64,000 nucleotides of DNA from assembly GCF_006345805.1 (NCBI RefSeq), contig NC_042998.1:135098001-135162000 (forward strand), given 5' to 3'. Of the stretch, positions 1 through 12,128 are shown piece by piece. This stretch comes from Octopus sinensis. Taxonomy: Eukaryota. Each line of letters begins with the position of its first letter. Positions within the stretch are counted from its first letter, which is position 1. The notes beneath the pieces are model-generated. The model was given only the letters and a program-made list of their open reading frames with translations, was not told the DNA's origin and searched no databases. Both the position numbers and the translations under genes were made by a program.

Positions 1-148
1 AGAAGTAGATATTGGGCTTTTGTGGGAAATTCTCTGATAGATGATTATGCTGACTATAGGGGAGATTTATCATTATTTAATGCCAAGAAAATTAGATTTA
101 AACATTGGATTTCTATGATATAGGAAAGGATTAAGTAACTATATAAAG

Positions 149-2627
149 AGAGTCTGCCGAATGTTGACCCAACAGAGGGACCAGCTATCCGAGTTGATAG
201 TTCCGTGGTAGCTAAGGCAATTAGAAGCATGAAGACAGGAAAAGCCCCAGGCCCATCAGGAATCACTGCAGAGATGCTCAAAATGTCTGGTAGTGTCGGC
301 TATAGCCTAGTCACCCATATAGTTAATCAGGTGATACACAAAGGAGTCATACCCAATGACTGGTGTAGCAGCATAATAGTCAACTGCTACAAAAGTAAAG
401 GTGACGCCCTAGATACAAATAACTACAGAGGTATCAAGCTGTTGGATCAGGTGATGAAGGTTACGGAGAGGGTCATAGCCCAACTAATTAGAGAGAGAGT
501 TAGTTTAGATGAGATGCAGTTTGGGTTTGTGCCAGGGAAAAGTACTACTGATGCTATATTCCTGGTAAGGCAGCTGCAGGAGAAATACCTAGCCAAAGAT
601 AAGCCCCTGTACCTGGCTTTTGTTGACATGGAGAAAGCCTTCGACAGGGTCCCCCGATCCCTTATCTGGTGGGCAATGAGGAAACTAGGGATAGATGAAT
701 GGTTAGTGAGAGCTGTGCGGGCCATGTATAGGGACGCTGCTAGTAGGGTGAGGGTTGGAAACGAGTACAGTGAAGAATTCGGGTAGAGGTAGGGGTACAC
801 CAAGGCTCAGTACTCAGCCCCCTCCTATTTATCATAGTCCTCCAGGCAATAACGGAGGAATTCAAGACAGGATGCCCTTGGGAGCTCCTCTATGCTGATG
901 ACCTTGCTCTAATTGCTGAGTCGCTATCAGAACTGGAGGAGAAGTTTCAGGTGTGGAAACAAGGATTAGAATCGAAGGGCCTCAGAGTCAATCTAGCTAA
1001 AACCAAAGTCGTAATCAGTAGGAAGGTAGACAAATCACAAACGCCTTCAGGTAGATGGCCCTGCTCGATCTGTAGAAAAGGTGTAGGTAGAAACTCTATA
1101 AGATGCACCAAGTGTAAGCTATGGACACATAAGAGATGCAGCAATGTCAAAGGAAGGCTAACTAGGAAGATGGTTTTTGTATGTGGCAGATGCTCAGGAA
1201 CAATAAACACTGAAAATGCTCTGAGACCAACTTCCGTCACTTTCCAGGGAGAAAAACTAGAAATAGTTGATAGTTTCCGTTACCTAGGTGACCAAGTCAG
1301 CAGCGGGGGCGGGTGTGCTGAAAGTGTAACTGCTATAGTAAGAATAGCTTGGGCAAAGTTCAGAGAGCTCTTACCTCTGCTGGTGACAAAAGGCCTCTCG
1401 CACAGAGTGAAAGGCAGACTGTATGATGCGTGTGTACGAACAGCCATGCTACATGGCAGTGAAACATGGGCCGTGACTGCTGAGGATATGCGTAAGCTCG
1501 CAAGAAATGAAGCCAGTATGCTCCGATGGATGTGTAATGTCAGTGTTCATAATCGACAGAGTGTAAGAAAAGCTGGACCTAAGAAGCATCAGTTGTGGTG
1601 TGCAAGAGAGACGATTGCGCTGGTATGGTCATGTGGCGAGAATGGATGAAGATAGTTGTGTGAAAAAGTGCCACACCCTAGCGGTTGAGGGAACCTGTGG
1701 AAGAGGCAGACCCAGGAAAACCTGGGACGAGGTGGTGAAGCACGACCTTCGAACTTTAGGTCTCACTGAGGAAATGACTAGAGACCGAGTCCTCTGGAAG
1801 TGTGCTGTGTGCGAGAAGACCCGGCAGGACAAGTGAGTCCATAACCCGTGGCCTTCTACTTGGGATGGAGCCAGCCTACGTATGCATACCTTCCCTTCTT
1901 GGGACACAAAACTCTACTTGTGAAGACCTGTTGAGGCAAGTGAGGATCAGAATCGAAATCGATCAATGGAAATTGCAGATGTGTTACCAGTGCGGTGGCA
2001 TGTCGAAACTCTACTTGTGAAGACCCGTTGAGGCAAGTGAGGATCAGAATGGAAATCGATCAATGGAAATTGCAGATGTGTTACCAGTGCCGGTGGCATG
2101 TCGAAACTCTACTTGTGAAGACCCGTTGAGGCAAGTGATGATCAGAATGGAAATCGATCAATGGAAATTGCAGATGTGTTACCAGTGCCGGTGGCATGTC
2201 GAAACTCTACTTGTGAAGACCTGTTGAGGCAAGTGAGGATCAGAATGGAAATCGATCAATGGAAATTGCAGATGTGTTACCAGTGCCGGTGGCATGTAAG
2301 AGAACCTTCCGTTTCGCGACCGTTGCCAGCACCGCCCCGTTTCGTGTCCGTTGCCAGCCTCGCCTGGCCCTTGTGCCGGTGGCACATAAAAAGCACCATC
2401 CGTTCGTGGCCGTTTGCCAGCTCTGTCTGGCACTTGTGCGGGTGGCACGTAAAAAGCACCCACTACACTCACGGAGTGGTTGGCGTTAGGAAGGGCATCC
2501 AGCCGTAGAAACACTGCCAGATTTGACTGGGCCTGATGAAGCCTTCTGGCTTCACAGACCCCAGTAGAACCGTCCAACCCATGCTAGCATGGAAAACGGA
2601 CGCTAAACAATGATGATGATGATGATG
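149..2627 (+). mobile_element. RTE-clade LINE copy A, 5'-truncated, RT disrupted
   Basis: Near-identical to 32049-34362. RT motifs FVDMEKAFD and YADD; 1-nt deletion near 780 and 11-nt deletion near 1566; (TGA)n tail; TSD ATATAAAG at 141-148 and 2628-2635. Confidence 0.95.
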
Positions 2628-2883
2628 ATATAAAGTAAATTTGAGTTTATCATCATTGTTTTAATGTCCACTTTTGCATGTGTGGGCCAGATGAAGCTTA
2701 TTGAAGTAAATTTTCTGTGGTCAGATATCCTTCTTCTTGCCAGCCTTTACCTATTTCTATGTAAGGTAATATTTCCTCAGGGCTAGATGTCTTTGCAGAA
2801 TATTGGAAATGAATGACCTTCTAATATAACAATCACATGATGTCCAGTCAAGGAGACATACATAAATACATATGTATATAATA

Positions 2884-3022
2884 TGGGCTTCTTTTAGTTT
2901 TTGTTGACCAAATACACTCACAAGGTTTTATAGTTGGCACAGGGATATTGTAGAAGACACTTTAAGGTACCATGCAATGAGACTGAAGCAAAAATCATGG
3001 TTAACCACAGAACCATGCTTGC
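2884..3022 (-). mobile_element. tRNA-derived SINE (abundant family)
   Basis: Shared core ggcttctt...accaaat.cactcacaagg...gtagaagacact, repeated many times in the window. Confidence 0.65.
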
Positions 3023-3239
3023 AACTATAAGTAGTGAATAAAATGTAAGGATGATGATCAGATAATTTTTTGGCTGGGTATACTGGACACCATTATGATA
3101 ATTTAGAGATGTTTTGAAGCAAGACTGTAAGAAAGTGTACTGGAGTTTTGATTAAAGCAGAGTAATGTATGATATCAAAGGATTTAGATATTAAGGAAAA
3201 AAGAAGCTTCATGAAAAATTCTACCCCTTAGCAACACTA

Positions 3240-3718
3240 TGATGGGGGTCAGCTGAAATATACATAGGCTGACTGAGATACTCTCATGGAATGTGACCAA
3301 ATGAGGTTTATTTTTCAACATAATCCCCCTTGCAGTCCACACACTTCTATCAGTGTTGCAGTGCTTGGCTCCCATTGGTGAAGAAGCCTTCATCCTGTTG
3401 GTCAAAAATGTCATCAACAGCAGATATAACATTATCATACTGCAATACTGGTTCCCAACCAAGTGTTTTTCATGTTGTGGGGAACAGAGGATAGTCAGAT
3501 GAGGTTAAATCAAGAGAGTAGGGAGGGTGATGAACCATTTCAAAGCTACAATCACACACAGCAGCCATTGAAACCGAGGACTTGAGTGCTGGAGTATTAT
3601 CCTAATGAAACAAGACCCCTTTTGTCAATTTTCCTGAGCATTTGGTCTTGATAGCCTTTCATAACTGCCTTGACAAGTTGGCTTAGTACTCTCCATTGAT
3701 GGTGTTGCTCTTTTGAAG
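3240..3718 (-). mobile_element. Mariner transposase 3' relic
   Basis: Reverse strand reads KCVDCKGDYVEK*, a mariner C-terminus; paralogous to 56968-57338. Confidence 0.75.
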
Positions 3719-4547
3719 ATAAATTTGGAGATTACAGTTTCAAAGTTCATATTGAAATGGAGAGTTGCTACAAAAATAATTTAACTCTTTTGATAATGTA
3801 TATTGATCATATGAGAGGTTATTGTAAATATTGGTGGAAATAGCTTCCAAGAGATTATTTACTGATTGATTCAATGATTTGGAGAATGGTACATAGAAAT
3901 CACAGCCTGATTAATTATTTGATTGTATGGGTATTAGAAGAGTTAGAAATTAAACAATAGTGTAGAGAAGCTTAATTCTGAATTAATATGTAATTGAATA
4001 GGGGTTTGTTTTTACAACCAATAAATAAAGATATAGATAAAATATAAAAAAAAAAAACAAGATGAAATAGCTGTGATGTTTTACTTGACTGTTGAAAGTC
4101 AGGTTCATGTATGAAAATATTCCAGTATCAATTAGTTATTGAATCAATAATTTCTAGGAATTTCCCTAGTGATATAATCAGTTGATTTATAGAATATTAA
4201 TATGTAGGAGTATTGGGAATAAATGCTTGTAACTTGAATGTGTGGCCTGGTTTTTTTTTTATTCCTAATTGTAATTTCACTTATGCTTGTTTGCTTAGCA
4301 TCCATTTTTTTCTTGGTAGTGAGTGTTAGTTCGGTAATTGCAGTGGAATTTTACAGTTGGCTACTTTTCTTATTATTAAACATTTCCTGTTTATCAGGTA
4401 AGGGATTTTTTATTCCAGAGGTCTTCAAAAGCTCAGAACCACTGGTCAGAAATGACAAGGAATTTCAACATTGCTATTTTGTTCAAGTGGTGACAAACAT
4501 GAAATATCAACATTCATGTACATTCGTACACACTTGCAAACACACAA

Positions 4548-4702
4548 TGGGCTTCTTGCTGTTTCAGTCTACCAAATTCCTTCACAAGGCAGTTGTTGGC
4601 CTGGGACTATAGTAGAGGCACTTACCTCAGGTTCCATGCAGTGTGACTGAATCCAAAACCATGTGGTTGTAAAATGAAGTTATTAACCATGCAACCATGC
4701 TT
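4548..4702 (-). mobile_element. tRNA-derived SINE (same family)
   Basis: Same core plus gactgaatccaaaaccatgtggttg. Confidence 0.7.
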
Positions 4703-5659
4703 GTATTTGTCATATTTATATTTTTGAAAAAGCATGACTTTCATGCCTCTGTTACCTTTTCTGTCCAAAACATAGTAGTTTGGTTTGTTATTCTGATCTT
4801 ATTGTGCAGTGTCAGATATTGATAATGGAATTTGGCAAATGGAAACAATGTAGAAGGTAGTAATTATTGTATGCGTGTAGTGCTTTTTGAATGAAATCCC
4901 TTGATGTTTGTTCTGCAGTAAGTTACAAACACTCCTTTGTCATTCTTGTCATTAGAAATTAAATAAGCCACTGGTTGGTTTGTTGAATATCTGTAACCAA
5001 CAATAACATTACTCCCAACTGCGATATAAATAGGATGCATAAAATATAGATCATGGAAAATAGATCAAAACAAAGGGTAGATCTCTCTCCCTCTCTTACA
5101 AGTTTCATTTTCTGACAATAAATAACATGAGAAAAATATGTTATGAAAAATCAATGACATATATCTTTATATATGTGTGTATGTATTTTATAAATAATTA
5201 AGGAATCTCTTTCTCTCTCATGTGCTTTTTTAAGTAATATCCTGTCTTTGGATTCACCTGACAGAATATGATAGCTGATTTTACCATAATAGGGTTTCAA
5301 AAATAGGAAGTTTCTGTTGGTGTGCAACCAGGGAATTAAGGTAGAAGTTAAGTTTCAGGTGAACTGTTTTGGCTGTGTGTAAAGCTAAAATTAGAAACTT
5401 TTATAGCCTGCTTCTCCTTCAGCTAACAACATTGGTTAAATGACATATTTGGATAGCTACAAAAAAAAAAAAAAAAAGTTACATGCTTACTATGATACTG
5501 TGTACAGATGAAGAAATAGCTGCTATTTGGCATTTTTTTTTTAAATATAAGGCTTAACAAAAATTTTGTGCATGCTCCTCTCTCGACTTTTAAAAAATTT
5601 TCTTTTGATTGACATGTAACCATTTTAGTATGTTCATCTTTTTATGTTTCCATTTTCAG

Positions 5660-5700
5660 GATCAAAATCCCCATTTACCAGACCTTCACATCAATGAAAG
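5660..5700 (+). CDS. GOLGA2: GM130 exon, [13 protein letters not shown] (41 nt, phase 0 to 2)
   Basis: tttcag acceptor, AG/gtaaag donor; phase matches the next exons. Poorly conserved region. Confidence 0.65.
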
Positions 5701-8700
5701 GTAAAGATGTCTTTTTAAAATTTTTTTTTATTTATCTAATACTAGTTCTGATGTCCCATCATTATAGGTTTTTGTATCTTTAATCAAAGTGTGTTGTCTG
5801 TCCCTCAGCTCTTTTGAAAGCAACCTACCTGAGACTGGCCTTGGTTCTATGATACAAACTTCCTGTTTTAAGTTGATATAAATAAAAGCCTTCCATCAAA
5901 ATTTCATGTTAATTTATGTTCAAAATTCATTGATACCAAAGCAATATATATCAACAGAAATATAGGAACAAAAGGATTAAGTATATCTTCTATACTCTGC
6001 ATGTTGAATGGTTTCTTTGGAAAACTAATAAACATTTTAGTGGACTCAAATACTACAGATAAATCTGTATGTGAAACATTTAGTTTCTCAGTGGAGCTAA
6101 AGAATGTATGTTACAGCTTAAATTCTTATTGACATAATGTACATGTAATTTCAATTTTATGAGAATATATTTTTCATTTGGGAAACAATAACAGCACATT
6201 CTGGGTGTTCCGAAATAATATCCTTTAATCCCTTAAGTTAAATGATCATGTGGCTTTGGCACTGAGATAGTGGATTTGGGGCTAATTGGGGTACAATAAT
6301 TCATGTTTGGAATTGCTAGAAAATAAACACTGGTTGAGAATACATTATTGATTTTTAATACAAGACTTGTTTTGCTATCAGTGTCTGTACCAGACTAATA
6401 TTTCAAGTTATATATTACTTAATTAGTCACACGGTACAGTCCAACAATACTTGACTTGCTGCCTTCTACAAACATGAATTGGTTTTATTTACTAAACTGG
6501 GTGTTGAATAATTTATTTAATTTTTTATTCCTAACTGTTTACATTAAGTTCTATGGAACTTATTTTAATTTGCAGTGTTCTGCTATGACTTAACAGTTTA
6601 GTAGTTAGCAGGAAGGAAGGAGCATCCAAGTGTAAAAAAAAAAAAGAAAAATTTTTCCAACAAGTAAACTACTCACACATGCAAGCTTAGGAAAATGGAG
6701 GCAAAACAGGAATAAAGAAATTTTCAAAAAAATCTGTAACAAAAACATTTACCTTTTTTGATTGGATGCCAACACATTACAGGTTTGTATTTAGTAGTGC
6801 AACTAATGAAACATTGTTCAATTACTTAGTACTTTTGTTGCTTACAATGATTAAATATTCTTCCCTGTTTTTTCAGTAGTTCATTTGTTTGTCTGTTTTT
6901 GTAATTCTACCGTGGTTTGAATGTGGACTTATGTGAAGCATTTTATGGCCAGTGAGGGCATCTTGGCATCAAAGAGAGGGTTTGGCTATAAAAACTATGC
7001 CAAAGCTGACATTGGAGCTTAACATAGCCCTGCAGCTCACAGGATTCTGTCAAACCATTGAACCCATGCCAGCATGGAAAACAGATGTTAAATTATGTTT
7101 ATTGGCATCCCTTACCTGTTTCTCAAGTTAAGATTTTTTTTTCTTCTACTGGTCTTCAAAAGTGCAGAACAACTGACTGTAAAGTCAACGAGGAATGCAA
7201 ACATCATTTCATTATTTCACAGAAATGGTGACAAATGAAGCCCTGGAATGTCAACATTTATGTACATGCATGCTAATGCACAAAGTGCATACACGTGAAA
7301 ACATAAACATGCACGTGCGCGTGCACACACACACACTTTTTATCCACTCATAAAGCATCGGCTAGCTCAGTGCTATGGTAGAAGACACTTGTCCAAGCTG
7401 GGTACTGAACTTGAAATGATATGGTTCAGCAGTGAACTTCATATCTAGGTAGTCATGACTGGAAGGACCAAGATGTGAAATCTCTCTCCAGCCCATCACT
7501 GCAAAATGATATATCAATTATACATTATCTTGGTAAATATACAGTTGAACTCTAGATCTCCCTGGTGCATATTTACAGTTAGGTAGACTGAGCTATTAAA
7601 GTACATTTGCAATAGATACATATTCATGATGGCATGAGCTAACTGCCTTCCAACTGGTAGACCAGTATTTTAGCCACGACCAGCTGTGATTCTTGATAGG
7701 TTGAGTACTATCATCTTTTATCCATTTTTCTGTGCCAGTATGGCGTAGTGAAAACTCGTTGAGGCAGATTTTCAGATTTTCAGATTTTACAGCTGAGTGC
7801 TCTTCCTAACGCCAAAGCCCTACTTGTCTTCTAAAGCAAGGTATTTTTCAATTTACTTCTCTGCACATCTCTTCTGAAGTATGAGACAATTGTTTATTGG
7901 AGAATATAAATGATGTCACTGTTTATTGCCCAAGCAGTGTTTCATATGAGCATGCAGAATTCTCTCTCTCTCTCTCTCACACACACACTTTCTCTCCTTC
8001 ATCGTTTCTGCTTACCACTTCAGTTTATGAGGTATTGTCAGCCCAAGGCTGTAGTAGACACTTGCTTCTTGTGATGCCAAGCATTGAGTCTAAAACTGAA
8101 ACCATATAGTTGTTGAAAGTAGCTTGATAACCATGTAATCATGGGTGCTCCTACCTTATAAAGAGAAATAGTGTTGGCTATTCAGTAAGTAATGAAGAAT
8201 TGATTACTGCCTGAAATAAGCAATTTACTTCGCATAGAAGTAAAATATAAGGATATTGACAAGATTTTAGCATCATTACTTCAAAATTACTTATCCATGA
8301 ATGACAATATTTTTGATATGTATTTCATCAAAGATGCAATCAACTGTTAGTTTATGTTCAAAATGAACTGTGTGTGTGTTCTAGGGATCCAGATGTTTTA
8401 AATTTGAAAAAGTTAGGGAATGTGGCTTTGAATATTTTGTTTGTGCTGAAATGCATGCATGTGTATTAAAAAGAAAATTGTGGTGTTTCTGTTCTAAATT
8501 GAATGCTTTTGAAGCTGTTTTTGTCTGTTATAAGGTTATTAAACAAAGCTGTATTCAATATACAGCTTAAATGGAATGAGAGAAAGTTATGCAGTTTTGA
8601 CAATAGTCATTTGTTTATGATCTTTCAGCTTTTGGGTGAGAAAAAAATACTCATTAATGACTACACATAACATTGCTGCTAGACAAATTCATTTGAAAAT

Positions 8701-11700
8701 ATTAACATAGTGAGAAATTATAAACTAGTTTGCTGACTTATTTCATTAAATATATCTAAGTAAATTTAGTTTTATAATTGATATAGTAATGTTAAATTGT
8801 TTAAAGATGTTAGAGGTATGCTGAGATCATCATCATCATATAACACATTTCTTGTGCTTGCATAGGTGAAATGGGTCTCATGACATCCTGCTACATGCCA
8901 TGGTCCTTGGTCATCTGGCACACTCAGTAAGAAAGAAAAAAAGTAGTCAATGCCATTACCATTGTTTATGGCATGGTTTCCATGGCTAGATGCCTCCACA
9001 TCATCATTGCTTTACAGTATGGTCTGGGTGATATTTTATGAACAATGGATGACATTAGATGATGTCTCCAGTTGGACTAAAAAGTTTGCTTTAATTTGTC
9101 ATTTTTTTTCTGTGGCTGTAATATAACTGCATTTATGGGAAAGAGTAGCATGAGACTGTCAACAGCCTCATGCTACATTTATTGTATATTTTGCTCTGTG
9201 CTGTTACAATTCTGCCTTATGTACAAATGTTTCATGTACTAATATTAATATTAGTACATACTAATATTAATAAAATATTTGTTTGCATGCACTAGCACCA
9301 TATTTTTTTTTATCACTAAGCATAGCACCTTGGGCAAGTGTTTTGTAATATAACCCCAGGTACACCAAAACCTTGTGAGTGAATTTGCTAGGAGAAACTG
9401 AAAGAAGTTCTGTGTATATGTGTGCATGCATGTAGCTCTGTGTCTCCTTGTTTTGGCATCATGCAAAAGTTGAAAATGAGCATGATTGTTGTATAAGCAG
9501 TATTTTTTGTTTCATATCTTCTGTGAAAACCTGTCCAGATATATGGAAATGCTACCTTGCTTGGAAGCAGTTGGTGACAGAAAGGCTGTTCAGCCATAGA
9601 AAAGTTGCTTTCAGTGAATTCCACCTGAACCATGCTGGCATGGAAAGTAGATTTCAAAACAATGATGGTGATATTTACTTTGTGTGCATGTTCCATTATT
9701 TAGTGATATTTTTGTCCATCTATAGTAAATTTTTCTTTTCAAATCTAGTATGCTATGATTTTGTTCTTGATTCCAGTATATGTTGCATTTATTTGCACCA
9801 AATTGTTTTCCTCTCAAAACCGCTCTAAAATCACTTTCTCTAAATATATAATACCCCCCCCCCATGTTCTTGTAAATTTAGAGTGCATCTTACATGAGAA
9901 GATCATCTTATACATTGGCAAATGCTGCAATTAAGAGAGACATTTTGTTTATTTGTTACAATACAACAGCTTTGGTGTGTTGGAAAAAACAAGCAAAAAA
10001 AAAAAAAATTATCTTGCATTACACTTCAGGTAGATCAGAAATTGAATGCTGTTTGTCCCATTAATAATCACCAACAAAGCTCTATTTATGCAAATTAAAC
10101 AGATGTGAAATAATGTTTACCTTGCATTACTGTTTAGTGTTATGGCTGTCTGGTGAAGAAGTTTATTTTGCAACCATGAAGTTTCAGGTATTGGTGCAGG
10201 GTTGGCTGTGGTTGAGTTCACTTTGCAAACACAGATTCAGGGTCATTCCCACTACATGACAACTTCGATGTCTTCTACTATAGTCCTGGGATGACCAAAG
10301 CTTTGTGAGTGGATTTGGTCGATAGAAACTGAAAGAAGCCTGTCATGACTTAATTTGGCTTTATTTTTGTTTAAATATACATCTTGTAGAATTTTTATGA
10401 TTTACAAATATTAACTGATTAACATTTTTTTAAAAACCATTTAAATTATATTCTTTATATTTTTACATAACCCAGAAATATGTTTGAGAAATTTTCTTGT
10501 GATGAAACTATCAGAGCATATTTTTTGTTGATACTTTTTCTGATATATTTATATATATCTTACATAAATATACTTTCATTTGATTTTTTCCCTGCTTTCA
10601 TTTTGTTTGATTGTCCAGTTACCCTGAAAGAATATCAGATAAATCAAAGAAGCAATTGCTCTCAGAAATGTTGAAAATGAGGTACATGAGTATGCTTTGC
10701 ATGGAAACTCTTATTGGCTCTTCCTTTCTTCAGTAATTTTTCCTGACTAGCTATAAAACCGTTTTTTGTGTGTGAGGAATGGCAATGTCAACTTAAACAA
10801 ATCCAACTTTTTTACATCTATTTCTAATAAATAACTGTTGGAGAATAAAAAATAAAATTAGTTCCAGTATTCTGAAACTAAATACTGTCTACTGCTTTTC
10901 TATCTTAACCTACCTTCTGTCTAATAACCCTGTGTTTTTCTAAGGTGTTTAAACAATAGAGTCCTCAGGTAATATAGGTCAAGAATGTTACTATTTCTTG
11001 GTTAACAACATTCTTTACGTGTCTATATTTTTTTCTTAGACATCTCCACCTCCTTGGTTCTTATAGTAGTGAAATAAGTTTGTGTATTCATTGGGGTTAG
11101 GTGGGGAAGCATTAATCAAAGGACATTTTTTTTTATCCTTAGCCTCCAGATAAGAAAACATATAGTGTCTGTTTGTATATATATGTTTATATGCAAGGGA
11201 CTAATCCTGTTTATATTTTTCAGATTTTACTTGATCCTTATCATTACACATATATGATAATGCAAAATTATACTTGTTTGCTTTTTATTATTTTAAAGAT
11301 CATTTTTTTTTTCTTTTTGGAGTGACATTTTTTAATTTAAAAAAATGAAGCATCAGTAAAAATGTGCATTAATAAACGAGGATTACCAAAGACTTTCTCT
11401 CATAATCTTTATAGCTACGATGTTTGTTATTTTTCTGAAAAATGACTTAACCATATGTGTTACTACTAATTTAAGGATAACTATTAGGGGAATTACAATT
11501 GATAATGACCAGTTTACAAGCAACTGCATTTGTGCAACAACATTTGTGAAATACTGCTCTGTAACAAAATAGTTAAATTTACCTGAAGGTTAGAATAGAA
11601 GAAAAAAATTTTGTATTTTTTATAAAGTTGAATAGTTTATATACTGTGAGAGGAGATGGATTTTGAGGTTCTAGGCAAGACCCTTTGGAGAAATAAATAG

Positions 11701-12086
11701 AAAAATGGACAAGCACTAAACTAAAAGTTAACTTCTCGTATATGGATTTAATTACTCTTAAGAAATTCAGTGACTAATTTTTGCGATGCAGATTATCACT
11801 AGTTTCATGGAACTCTAGTTGTTGCTTTTTCTGCTTTTTTGTATGCTCCTGTATGTATGTATGTGTGTGTGTGTGTGTATCATCATCATATAACGACTCT
11901 TGTCTATGCTGGCATGGGTTGGGTGCTTTGACTAGAGCTGGGGAGCTGCACCAGACTCCAGTCTGATTTGGCATGGTTTCTATGACTGGATACTCTTCCT
12001 AATGTCAACCACTTTACAGTGTGTGCTAGGTGCTTTTACCTGGTACAACATGGGCGCTTTTATGTGACACCGTGTGTGTGTGTGTG

Positions 12087-12128
<42 letters not shown>

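Noticed and set aside
1909-2297. RT gene followed by a repeat array, suggesting a CRISPR-, retron- or DGR-like system
   Set aside because: Units are contiguous tandem copies with no unique spacers, the RT is a eukaryotic RTE LINE with tail and TSD, and there are no cas or accessory genes.
2533-2560. CTGATGA plus hairpin in the RTE 3' UTR as a hammerhead ribozyme
   Set aside because: The GAAGCC/GGCTTC stem is not followed by the required GAAA, and no stem III is present.
2161-2577. Overlapping ORFs in the RTE 3' UTR (also 33974-34309, 49954-50416)
   Set aside because: GC-rich UTR with frame-breaking indels between copies; no coding signature.
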